Below, one piece after another: positions 29,640 through 41,239 of a DNA stretch of 64,000 nucleotides. The notes under the pieces were generated by a model. That model had not been told where the DNA came from and ran no database searches. It saw only the letters and a program-made list of their open reading frames with translations. Origin of the DNA: Eledone cirrhosa (Eukaryota); the NCBI GenBank assembly GCA_964016885.1, contig OZ024740.1, forward strand, positions 330,398,001 to 330,462,000, read 5' to 3'. Position 1 is the first letter of the stretch; each line of letters starts with the position of its first letter. Both the position numbers and the translations under genes were made by a program.

Positions 29640-30176
29640 GTGAGTACGTGTGTATGTATATGAGCAACGTAAAATGAATATTAAAGGTGGTTGTGGAAAT
29701 AGAGAGGTACATAATATGTATTGAAGCACAAATGTTTGATTTTATATACAGAGACTCGATTTTAAGGAGAATCAATTTACCAAAATACGCATAATAATCA
29801 ATATTCCACTCAATTTAAACTTGGTCAGACTTTATCTAACACACATCAGTAGACAAATACACAAACACAATTACAATGGAACACTATAGACAGTTTAAAC
29901 ACATTCATATACTATAAGAATAGTATAAACATATTTCATTCATGAAATATACACATATATGAGATCTTGTGCAAATATAAAATTATCTATATTAAGTAGT
30001 TAAAGAAATTGAATAGAAGATAACCTAGACATGATCGAAATATGCCCAAGGATGCAAAATAATTAAATTATAATAAATCACAGGATGAGAGGAAAGAAAC
30101 ATAATTCATCAGTACTCACCAAATCTGATGATACTTTCATGACAACACACACATACACACACACATACACAAACCC

Positions 30177-30277
<101 letters not shown>

Positions 30278-30561
30278 ATCGAATTACAAAATATGAGGAA
30301 ATAGTAGACACAAATATATCTATTTTTTCTTCAAAGTCCTGCAGTTTCGCCGATCTGTGTGCATCAATATCTGCACTATAAACGTGCATCATCGCTATGA
30401 GGTTTATACGGCTTATCAAGAGACCCGACCCCTAAGAAAAACGGACTGTTTCTTGACGCGTTAAAACAAGTGAGAAAGTTTCATCTGCGAGCATAGAGAA
30501 GGGTAGTAAAGTGGACAGTGAGCATGTATACATAAACACACACACACACACCCGCACACAC

Positions 30562-30644
<83 letters not shown>

Positions 30645-30649
30645 CACAC

Positions 30650-30798
<149 letters not shown>

Positions 30799-31145
30799 AT
30801 TGTGAGTATGTGTGTGTTTATTTCTGTATATATATATACTACCTTAGTACCCGTTCAAATGATGGGGTTTGTACTAAAATGATATTTAATTCGGTGAATA
30901 TTTGATTTACACATTCTATGTAAAGATGTATGGAACCTAGAGTTTTCTCCCTCAAGTTACTCGAGTGATTACTGTATTACAATTTGTATTCATCTAAATC
31001 AATTACAAATTTATTTAATCATCATCGAATATGTAACAAAAATGAAGATTACTAATATTATAGTCATTTGGGTTACGTCATCTACATTTTAAATAGAAAT
31101 ATATATACATCTTCATGTTTATCTATATTCTACTAAAATTATGTG

Positions 31146-31392
31146 ATTGCTTGCTTGCTTGCTTGCTTGATTGCTTGCTTGCTTGCTTGCTTGATTGCTT
31201 GCTTGCTTGCTTGCTTGCTTGCCTGTAATGTAATACAGCTAAAAGGGTGCATAATGGGAATTGAAAGCAAGTAGCCTCTGAAATGGGAATAAAAACGGAA
31301 TAAAACAAGTTTCGCGTAAATCGGAGCTGGGTTTTTCTGCGTACCTTCACAAATAGAAACATAAAAAGAAGGAGACAGAGTAGGAAAGTGAG

Positions 31393-31480
<88 letters not shown>
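31146..31480. repeat. (GCTT)n tract 31146-31222 and (GA)n tract 31392-31480
   Basis: Direct reading. Confidence 0.9.
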
Positions 31481-31484
<4 letters not shown>

Positions 31485-31642
31485 GTTGGCGGTGTTGTTA
31501 AATGAAATTACAACCGGTGACTTCAAATTCAAAGAAACAAATACAGAATTATTGTATCCTGCTAAATTGAAAGGGTTTCTAAGTGTGTGTTCATACACAC
31601 AGATACACACACACACATATATATCACTCTACATTATATATA

Positions 31643-31756
31643 TATGGAATATTGAATAGAGTCATTACATGTATCCATGGAACTCAACAACAAAGTTATC
31701 AAATATTTAGTTGAATAAGAAACATATCGATGTAATATACAAGATACATAATGTTA

Positions 31757-31840
<84 letters not shown>

Positions 31841-31976
31841 AAATGTGTGTGTCTGTGTATATGAACATTATGTATCATGTATAATACATCGATATGTTTC
31901 TTATTCAACTAAATATTTGATAACTCTGTTGTTGAGTTCCATGGATATATGTAATGACTCTATTCAATATTCCATA
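31643..31976. repeat. Inverted repeat (~120-bp arms) around a (CA)n(TA)n(TG)n core
   Basis: tatggaatattgaatagagtcattac...atgttaatac versus gtat..aacattatg...gtaatgactctattcaatattccata. Confidence 0.9.
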
Positions 31977-32539
31977 CAATGCCGTATTAATCTAGATAAA
32001 TACTGTTCAGATAAATACTATTCTAGTAAAGAAATAACAAGTGTGGTATTTTAAATTGAGTTACCGCAAGGAAAAAAGACAAACTTTCATGAGAACTACA
32101 TTTTCTTAAACTACTTCACTTCCTTGTGATTAATGTTATAGACGCAGATACTTTGCAGATGCGTTCATATATATATATATACATTGTGTTTCGTTCCTAT
32201 GTTTAAAAAAACCTTACAGTTATTTTACAATGTACATATTTCTTCAATATATAGTCTGCCTACGTAAATAATTGCTACATTTGATATTTTCTCAGAGATT
32301 TCATACAATCATATGTAATGTTGTCTGTATAGATATTTTAGTGAAACAACAATTGACTCCGTTTCAAAACAATTTTGTTTTTGTACCCTATTAATTAAAA
32401 CAACAACATATTGTTTCTGATAGTTTCTATAAACGTTGAATTACATTTACCATTTCATTTGTTATTGACGAAAATTCATGAATAAATACAATTTCCCGTT
32501 GCAATCAATAGTGAAACCATGATTAATATCAATTATCAT

Positions 32540-32740
32540 AAAATATGCTGCACTGCTGTTGTGGGCACTAATACATAATCAACTCAAGGCAGGAGGACCT
32601 CACAGAACCTAGAAACAAAGCTATGTATGGACGCTAACTACAATCCGCAGGAACTGCCACGGGCAATGGACGACTGAGTCAGATGGAGATGAAGAGTCAT
32701 GGTGTTAAGTGTAACCAGCGCACCAAGATGATGATGATAA
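32540..32740 (+). mobile_element. RTE-clade LINE extreme 3' fragment with (GAT)n tail
   Basis: Remnant LLLW..., G.P..T, EL..AMDD...W..RV followed by gatgatgatgat. Confidence 0.6.
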
Positions 32741-33189
32741 TCATAGTACATATATTTCGACATTTGTTTTTATTTCAGCATGGTTCAAATATGTGAATAC
32801 ACAACAAAAAGAATTCGACCTATATTGTACCAATATATACCAACATTGACCTCATCACATTATGATCATTAGAAAGCATAACCATGTATACTACTATAAT
32901 CACTAAAATCATCATCATGCTATCAATATTGTCATCATTAGCATTATTAATCCATCTTCCATTATGACAATATACATTAGGTGTAATATTGTTCAAGTTA
33001 ATCTGTGATGTAACAGTTCAGTGATCATATTCTTCTTGCTCTAATAATCTCCTGCATTGTTTTGTTTGTTGAAGACATCACATTGTAATTGAAGGTGTGT
33101 GTAGCTGCTATGATTATTTTCATATCGCAATGTTTGAGAAGTTGCCTTAGATTTATAGAATGTTCTATATAGAATGTTCTATATATAAT

Positions 33190-33573
33190 TGTTTCTACTA
33201 TTGGCCAGCAATTATTCCAGTACATTACTGGTACTTTATTATATCGACCCCGTAAGGACGAAAGGCAAAGTTAACCTTGGCGGGATTTGAACTCAGACCA
33301 TAAAGGGACGTAACTCTTTGCTGCAAAGCATGGCGTCAGATCCTCTACTAATACTGCCAATCCACCGCCTAGTGTTCTATATATAATTGTTTCTACTTTT
33401 GGCACAAGGCCAGCAACTACCCAGTGCATTACTGGTACTTTATTTTATCGACCCCGTAAGGATGAAAGGCAAAGTTAACCTCGACGGGATTTGAACTCAG
33501 AATGGCAAGGGCCGTAACTCTATACGTCAAAGCATGGCGTCTGACCCTTTACCGATACTGCCAATCCACCGCC
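33190..33573 (-). mobile_element. Two full-length tandem Nin-SINEs (33190-33369, 33388-33573)
   Basis: Complete head, Nin core and tail. The 15-bp flank tgttctatatataat occurs three times. Confidence 0.92.
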
Positions 33574-34049
33574 TTGTTCTATATATAATGATCTCAAATA
33601 CCATTGAAACATATATGCATAATGAATTAACCTTAAATACAGCTTGTATTATTCCTGCATTGCGCCACAAAATGAGTAATACACATTAAATTATGTCTGA
33701 CACCTGAATTCATGTGGAACACATATTACCTATAATCTGTTTCCTCTTTACCTCAACATCAATGCCATATTTGTTCTACGGTTTTCAACCTGACGTGCGA
33801 AAAGGCTGAATCTCCCTAAGTTACAGTTTTATCGCTCTCACTAACGTAACAACCTCATCCATCAACCGAAGCTTAGCGATAACTCAAGGTTATATGTCTG
33901 AAGTTTCTCTGACGTGATGCACGATGATATACATATATATAAATCCTCTTCGCTCGAGATAATAATGTAGCATATACGAGTTTGCTCATCCTGCTAAGAA
34001 TAATGGCGTTTATTATATGAATGATAGCGATTTATTTCATAAATAATAT

Positions 34050-34480
34050 TTAATCCCGAATAATATTTCATCTCCTTTTGTTGTTTTTGTGTTCCAGTTT
34101 ATTTTGGAACTTGCCTTTCTTCAAGATCAATTTTATACATGTATCAAACCCGAAATCAAAGTCTATGTCATCACTAAAATAGTTTTCTTTCTTAAACAGA
34201 CTTTCTAATTATGTTATTATCCTCCGCGAAGAGATAATGACTATCCGTATAGGAGAAATGGCTTAAAAGAGTTACTGCAATTTGATAATCATGGGTTGTA
34301 TTCCTTAATTCATACGAAAGATATATTATTGCTATGAAGGAGAGAGGACAGTGTGCCTACCTGGAATATTCTCCTTTGTATCGATATTACTTGTGAGTTT
34401 TGTGTCTGTTTTGGTGAGGCTCAAGGAAAACGTTGTTTTCCAGTAACCCATATTTCGTTTCAATAAATTTATACTTATTG
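34050..34480 (-). mobile_element. Ancient R4/Dong-like RT relic
   Basis: Minus-strand remnants IFQVGTLSSL (cf. GIFQGDSLSPL), HFSYTD (cf. HLFYMD), FSDDIDFDFGFD (cf. FSDDIKMEFGLD). Confidence 0.6.
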
Positions 34481-34489
34481 GGAAGATCT

Positions 34490-35030
34490 CGTCGTGAGCG
34501 ATATAAATTTTACAGTGTCGATAAAATAAAGTACTGGTTGCGCACTCGGATCAATCTTATCGGCTATCATATCCTCCAAAATGTTGGCCTTGTACCTAAA
34601 TCAAAAACCAATAATAATAATAATGGTAGTTGTTTCTACTTAAGGCACAAGGTCAGCAAATTGAAGGGGTAGGGCAGTCAATTAAGTCGACTCAAGTACA
34701 TTACTAGGGCTTAATTTCATCAACCCCACAAGGATGAAAGCAAGGCTAACCTCGACTAGATTTGAACTCAGAACGTAAATGGCCATGACTCTGTTGCTAA
34801 GCATGTTGTCTACCGATACTGCCAATCCACCGCTCTTAATAATAATTATTTCTACTTTTGGCACAAGGCCAGCAATTACCCAGTGCATTACTTGAACTTA
34901 TTTCATCGACCCAGTAAGGATGAAAGGCAAAGTTAAGCGCGGTGGGTTTTGAACTCAGAATGGCAAGCGCAGTAACTCTATGCGTCAAAGTATAGTGTCC
35001 GACCCTCTACAGATACTGCCAATCCAGCGC
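34490..35030 (-). mobile_element. Cluster of Nin-SINE copies (diverged + copy ~34490-34610; - copies 34630-34832 and 34845-35030)
   Basis: SINE head/core/tail motifs, separated by short (TAA)n. Confidence 0.82.
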
Positions 35031-35032
35031 TC

Positions 35033-35077
<45 letters not shown>

Positions 35078-35327
35078 TTTTCTTTATTAACCACAAGGGT
35101 TTACATAAAGTAGACATTAAGGACAGTAAAGGACAATACAGGACGGTACAAATGGGCATTTCTGCGTGTAAAAAAAACAGAGGATGAAATAAAATAACAA
35201 AGAAAAATTCCCCAATAGGGGGGGGGGGGGGGGCTTCCGAGGGACATTTGTGGAGAAAGCCCATTAAAAGACCACAGTGGCCCTGACCACCAGGGCAAGT
35301 GCCCTCTCCCAGTTTTCCACCTTTAAT

Positions 35328-38300
35328 TTACAGACACATACTCACAGAAGGCCCATTCATTCGGGCCATACTTGCTTCTCTCACCCATCTTTCAACAAAA
35401 TGCTGGGAAGAGAGCACTTCCCTCTCTACCCTAATTTTCCTTTTCAGATGAAATTTGAAAAAGTTAATCAGGGCATCACCGAAGAGGTAAGTGCTCGTCT
35501 TCAGCCCTTTCAAACGTGTCCACCATACTATCTCTTTCGCCATGGCCACCAGACAGATAAAAACTGCGTGCCCTTCCCGGCTAAAGGAAGAGGGCGGGGC
35601 AATCCTCACGATGGACTTAGCTGATAGCTGGATCCGTCCTACACGTGACAGCAGGTGTTCGACATAAACCCACAAGTAAGCAATGCTCGGACACTGGACG
35701 AGTGCGTGCAGGACGGTTTCGTCGCCCTGTGCGCATCTCGGACATGCCCGGCTGACGGCACCTCCATGCCTGTAAAGTTTATCCCGAACTGGCAAAGCAC
35801 CCCGGTAGCACTGCCAGGCCAGGGATTTCTGGAAGTTGTCCATAGGCCCCGGCCCGAAAGTCCTTCCGAAGAGATTGGCTAGTTGATTTTCGTCGACGCC
35901 TAGAGTTTCTCCAAGTACGTCGTCGCTCTTCCCCTCCACTAATCCCCTATAGAACGCCAAGGTGGAGTTTCCACCGATCACATTGCCCGATTGGTCGAGG
36001 GCTGTGAGCGCCTGAAGACATTCCAGTCTCCAAGCGCTCCCTCTCGGTCTTCGCTTGACTCAGGACTGCAGCTCCGTCAAGGAGACGAGCTGGGGAAAAA
36101 CGTGTCTAGCAAACGGCGACCACACCTGATCACCGTCGAGGAAGAGGTGGAGATGTCGTAGCCTGAGCGCGTGTCTGCGCATCATCAGCCACGGCATGCC
36201 CAGCCCTCCACGCAGCGGGTGTTGACAGCAGATGGACCGCCTGACCATCGGAGCGCGTCCCTTCCACAAGAAGCGAAAGAGCAAACGCTCCAGCGCAGTC
36301 AGGCGGGGCTTAGGACAAGGTACGACGGTCAGGCGGTAGTAGATGACGGACGCGATGTACGCGTTAGCCACATCCGCTCGACCTTTCAGGGATAGCTTCC
36401 TCTCGGCCCATTTCTGGGTGAGAGAAGCCACCCTGCTCGTCACCTCGTCCCAGTTTTTGTCTGTCTGGAGATCTGGACCGAAGCAGACCCCTAGCAATTT
36501 AACCGGTCCGTCTGTCCAGCGCCCGACGACGCTGTTGGACGGCATGGACCAGCCTCTCCAGGTGCCGAGCTGCAGGCCCACTGACTTTTCCTGGTTGATC
36601 ATTGCTCCTGTCACCGCTTCGTATTCTCTTAGTGTAGTGCCGATCGCCTCGATGTGTTTGGCGTTCGACACCACTACGGGGACATCGTCGGCATATGCTG
36701 ACACGGATCTTCCGCATCCTAGTTCGCGCGCGATTCCCCTCAACGTCTCCAGTTTGTGCAGTAATGTCTCGAGAGTCAATACCTACAATAGGGACGAGGG
36801 GGGACATCTTTGGCGGACCGAGCGCATGATGTTGGACGATTCCGAAAGGTGACCGTTCACTCTCACTACAGAGCAGATGTTGCTGTGCATGGCAGCGATC
36901 CAGCCTCTGAAGACGGGCACAAAGCCAGCCGCCCTCAGAACTGCCTCCAGGTAACGATGGTCGACCCTATCGAAGGCTTTCGACTGATCTAAATTGATCA
37001 AAGACCCACCCGTGCCAGGTTTCCTAGCTACCCTCTCTACGATGTATCGCATGAGGTGGAGGTTGTCGTGGATGGATCTGTCGGGAATGGCGCATGTCTG
37101 TGCCTCTCCCACCAGTCCACCAACGACAAGCGCTAACCTTTTGCTAGCACCTTGGCCAAAATCTTGAACTCTGTGTTTAGCAGAGTTATGGGCCTAAAAG
37201 TATCTATATTATCCCCCTTGTTCGGATCCTTTCTCAGCAGCGCCACCGCTCCTCGGCTCACAGAGCTGGGAATTCTCCCGTTCTGTTGCCAGTTGCAGTA
37301 GACGTCCGCCAAGAGGCCTACGAACAAGTTTGCCATTTGTACGTAAAGTTCATAGGGCAGACCATCCAAACCAGGCGATTTACCCCTTGTGCAACTAGTC
37401 ATTGCATCCCGTACTTCAGCGGTTGTTATCGGCTTTTCGCAACACTCCCCCTCAGTGGCCTAAAGCCGCGGCAGTCCGTAGAGTTAGACACTAAAGTCCA
37501 TCCCTCGATCCGGCCCGCCACTGCCCCCGAACAGTTGAGCGAAGTGTCGCTGAAAAGCTTCACACATTTGCCCGGGATCGAGTAGCATGCGCCCGTCGTG
37601 GTCCACCAAAGACCGGATCGTGGCTTTGTTGCCACTACGCCCCTCCGCCACTCGGGCCCATTGAACGGCTTTCGTCCCCCCGTGTCTGAGAGCACGCACC
37701 CTAGCTCTGACAACGCAGGCTTCGTGCTTTGCATTGAAGAATAGTCAGGGCCAATTTCGCCGCAAGTACGTCGGTCGCGATGCCTTTGCTAAGCGCCTCA
37801 TCTAATTTTCTAACTAGTTCTCCCTCTGCTCTATTTTTCTCTATTGCTAAAGTCTTACTAAACCTAATGGACTCTATTCTAATTGCTCTTTTCAGAGCAA
37901 ACCACCACTTGTTGTTGACGATGGCCCCCGTCAACGCCCGCTTAACTAGTTCGCTAATCCGGTCTCTGTAGTCCTCGCCTATGAAGCCTATCTAAGTCAA
38001 GCACACAGATCACGAATTTGTGGTCCGTGTAGCTGACTATCTTGAATTGTAGACAGCTTATGCTAGACCTATCTATTTCCATACAAAATACTCTATCTAG
38101 ATATGATCTGGATGACCCTATGCGATTTGTCCAAGTCCACATTGGTACATTCGGGAAATCCATTCGGTACCTGTCAGACAGTTCAAAACGTCTGAGCAGG
38201 TTGGTGAGACTCTTGCTACCTCCTTCTCTATCCACTAATCCCACACAATCCCAGCGTGCATCTAAGATCCCGTTGCAGTCGCCCACTAACACTAAAGAGC

Positions 38301-38700
38301 GGGACGTTCCAAGAAAGGTCTCCAGACGCCGGAAGAAAACAGGCCGCCCTGCTCTTGTCGGGGCATAGACGGCCACTAACCTGAAAGCTTGCCCGTCTCC
38401 GCTGGTCACGTCCAGAACCACCAACTTACCTTCTGGGTCCAGGAAGATGGCCCCTATGGCAAGATCCAAACCTCTCCGAAAAAGCACAGCAACTCCTCCC
38501 CCCGATCCCGGACGGCTGGGAGATGCGTACACATCGTAGCCGCCGAAGATCGGTGCGAAAGCCTGTGCTTCGGAGATTCTGGTCTCGCTGATGGCCACTG
38601 CATCTATGTTTAGTGACCTGAGGTCGTTGAGCAGGTGGCCCTGCTTCCATGATGACCCCAAGCCACGCGCATTTATGCTGCCTATTCTGAGTGAGGTCAT
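35328..38700 (-). pseudogene. Tx1 ORF2 (APE endonuclease, RT, Cys domain), multiple stops and frameshifts
   Basis: IGSINARGL, ISETR, VYAP, GDCN, YLDR, TDH; KSPGLDGLP, RPITLLN, LDQSKAFDRVDH, AYADD, LSLKGR; CPRC...ETVLHAL..C. Confidence 0.92.
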
Positions 38701-38734
38701 GTTAAAAAGTAGTGGAAAAGATGGGAAAGACCAC

Positions 38735-40440
38735 TTACCTTACTTCTCGTAGGGGAAGGACGGTTTTTCCATCCTTTTCACTGCTTGTGGTCTCCTCAGG
38801 AAGGATGTCCTTATAAATCCTCCTGGAGAGTGCTTGTCGGAAGTCTCCGATGTCTTTGGGGAATTTTTGTTTTAGTGTCATGTACGTTTTCTGTGTGATG
38901 CGAGTGATTTGTATGTGTTGAGGTGGTGTGAATTTTGGGGTTGTTGTGTAGTCTTTTTCTGTGATGCTGGTGTTGTGTTGGATGTAATGTAATAATTGCT
39001 TGTTGTTCAAATTTAATGCTGTGTAGTGTGTATCGTTTTGGTTGTTTTGTTTTGTTTGCGTTTGTTGTGGGTTTGTTTCTGTTTCGCATTTTGGTGACTT
39101 TTGTGGTGTAGGTGATGGTGGTGTTGGAGTTAATGATGGTGATGGTGTTGGTGTTTGGGTTGATGGGGTTGGTGATGCTGGTGTGGATGGTGGCATATCT
39201 GTCCTAACTTTTTTGTTTCTTAGTTTATTTGTTTCCCTCTGTATTTTGTTTTTGGAGGGGGAAGGAAGAGAATTTTTTCTTTTTTGGTTTCTTTTTTTTT
39301 TCCGGATATCGTTTCCCACTCCTCGTCGTCACAATCTGTCTCCAGTTGTGATAGGCCGGGGAGTGGAAAATCGTCCACAGGCGTTAGTTTTGGTTGTGGC
39401 GTGGTGGATGATGTATGCGCTGGTGCTAGTTCTGAAGCGTTGGGTGGTGGTGGTGTTGGATTTGCTGGTGGTGGTGGTGGTGTTGGTTTTGCTACTGTTG
39501 CTGGGGTTGTTGCTGTTATAGTTGCTTCTGTTGTTGCTGCTACAGTTGTTGCTGCCAGCTCTGCTACTGGTGGTGTTGATGGTTGTGTTACTGGGGTGGG
39601 TAGGAGAGGTGGCTTGAACCTTTTAGCCTGAGGGCAGAAAGCCCTTAGGTGGGTTCCTTCACCACAAACGACACACCTAGGTCTTCTGCCCTCGACAATT
39701 ACCGTGAGGTGGCTGCCGTCAGTGAGGTCTATTACCTCTGGGATCTTCTCAATGCTTTTTTGGTCCGCTTGGATCAGGAGCTCCATCCCAGATCCGGACC
39801 AGTTCTCCTGCTTCTCTTTTGCTATTGTTACTATTTTTGTGTTGGCTTCGATGCCGGCGAGGACGGCCGCTATTAGCCAGGGAATTTCGATGGCCGGTGG
39901 AACGTGGGTCACCCTGATCTTTACGAGTCTCTGGTCACAATAGCTTGGGACGAGTGTGAAGTCGTCACTTCTTAATGGGGCCATGGAGTGTTCTCTAGCC
40001 TCCTCTGGTGTTTCAAAGAACACGTCCACGGTTCTATACTTCTGCCCACGTCTGATGTGGGTTTTTCTTGCCCACACATGTCCCAAAGCTTTTTGGATTT
40101 GGGACTCGGATGCCCGTTCCACTCGGCGCGATTTTACATTTATCGTTCGATACGACACGGTGCATAGGCGCCGATGCTCCATTTTATTAGGTGGGGGGGT
40201 GAGGCTGACCCTGTACCCATCTTTCTTTACCATTTTTTTGGCATTTTCTAAATCCTCCTGAGTTACCGTAAATGCTTCGAACTGTTTTGCTACTATTGCA
40301 AAACTGAGGGTCGTTTTTATAATGTCATTGTTGTTGTTGTTGCTATCGTTATTTGTGTTAATATTAATTTTAGTTTCAGTTGTGGTTGTGGTGACGTCAG
40401 TCGTCTTTGGTGGGGAAGAGTCCATTTTGCTTGATTTCAT
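38735..40440 (-). pseudogene. Tx1 ORF1 (gag-like; frameshift near 39300 in an A run)
   Basis: SFA.VA N-terminal motif, RRM-like region, GRRPRCVVCGEGTHLRAFC zinc knuckle, Pro/Thr-rich linker continuing in ORF 38735-39319. Confidence 0.85.
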
Positions 40441-40932
40441 TTCGACATCACGAGTTAATTTTTTTTTTCTTCTTTTGTTTCTGTTGTCGCGGTGGTGGTG
40501 GGGGTGGTGGTTGTCGCGGTGGTGGTGGTGGTGGAGGCTTTAACACCTGCAGTCATTGGTAATGGCGGGAAATGAATGTCTGCCTGAGATAAATTTAAAA
40601 TATTGCTACTGCTTATATTTTTTTTGTGTTGGCAAACGTAGTAACATTTACAATGGTGGCTTCGGTGTGAGGTGTTAATTTGAGAGGAAGGCTTTCAGCT
40701 GCTTGGTGCAGTGGTGAATTAGCCATTTTTTTCAATGAAATTTTTTGATAATAATAAAGTTTAAATTTTGGGCACAAGGCCCCAATCTTTTTGGGTGTCC
40801 TTTTTGGAAAACAATGTATGTGCGCTTATAAACAGTTAACAATAAAATTTTCCATAAATGACAATGTTTAACAAACGGAAATAACAAACCTTTGCGGAGC
40901 TGACGATGATACGATTTACTACGTAGGTCGCC

Positions 40933-40986
<54 letters not shown>
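40933..40986 (+). repeat. (TAA)n tract between the Tx1 5' end and the R4/Dong 5' end
   Basis: Direct reading. Confidence 0.95.
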
Positions 40987-41239
40987 CAACAATTATGGGA
41001 CTGATGGCTCACCCCTTCCTCACCAACAATATAAAAAGCCCCGGCACCACCACCGACATAGCCAGCAGCAATAACAGACAACTTCAGCAAAAAGTATATT
41101 ATATTATTGTAATGCACTGGGTGATTGCTGGCCTTGTGCCTGGAGTGGAGACAATTATCAATAATTTCATTCTTAAGCCACGCAATGCTCACATTAAGGA
41201 ACCACTCATGATAATAACAATTTAAAAAAAACAACAAAA

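Larger units (their letters stand above)
35075..40730 (-). mobile_element. Near full-length Tx1/L1-clade LINE (two ORFs, disrupted) ending in AATAAA + (ATT)n
   Basis: ORF1 with CCHC knuckle; ORF2 with APE, RT and C-terminal CCHC; 3' end adjoins the (TAA)n tract at 35035-35076. Confidence 0.92.

Noticed and set aside
30124-30145. CTGATGA heptamer
   Set aside because: No stem II/GAAA partner; chance occurrence.
35277-40543. Plus-strand ORFs overlapping the Tx1 element (and minus-strand ORFs over the CRE element)
   Set aside because: Antisense shadows of GC-rich coding sequence.
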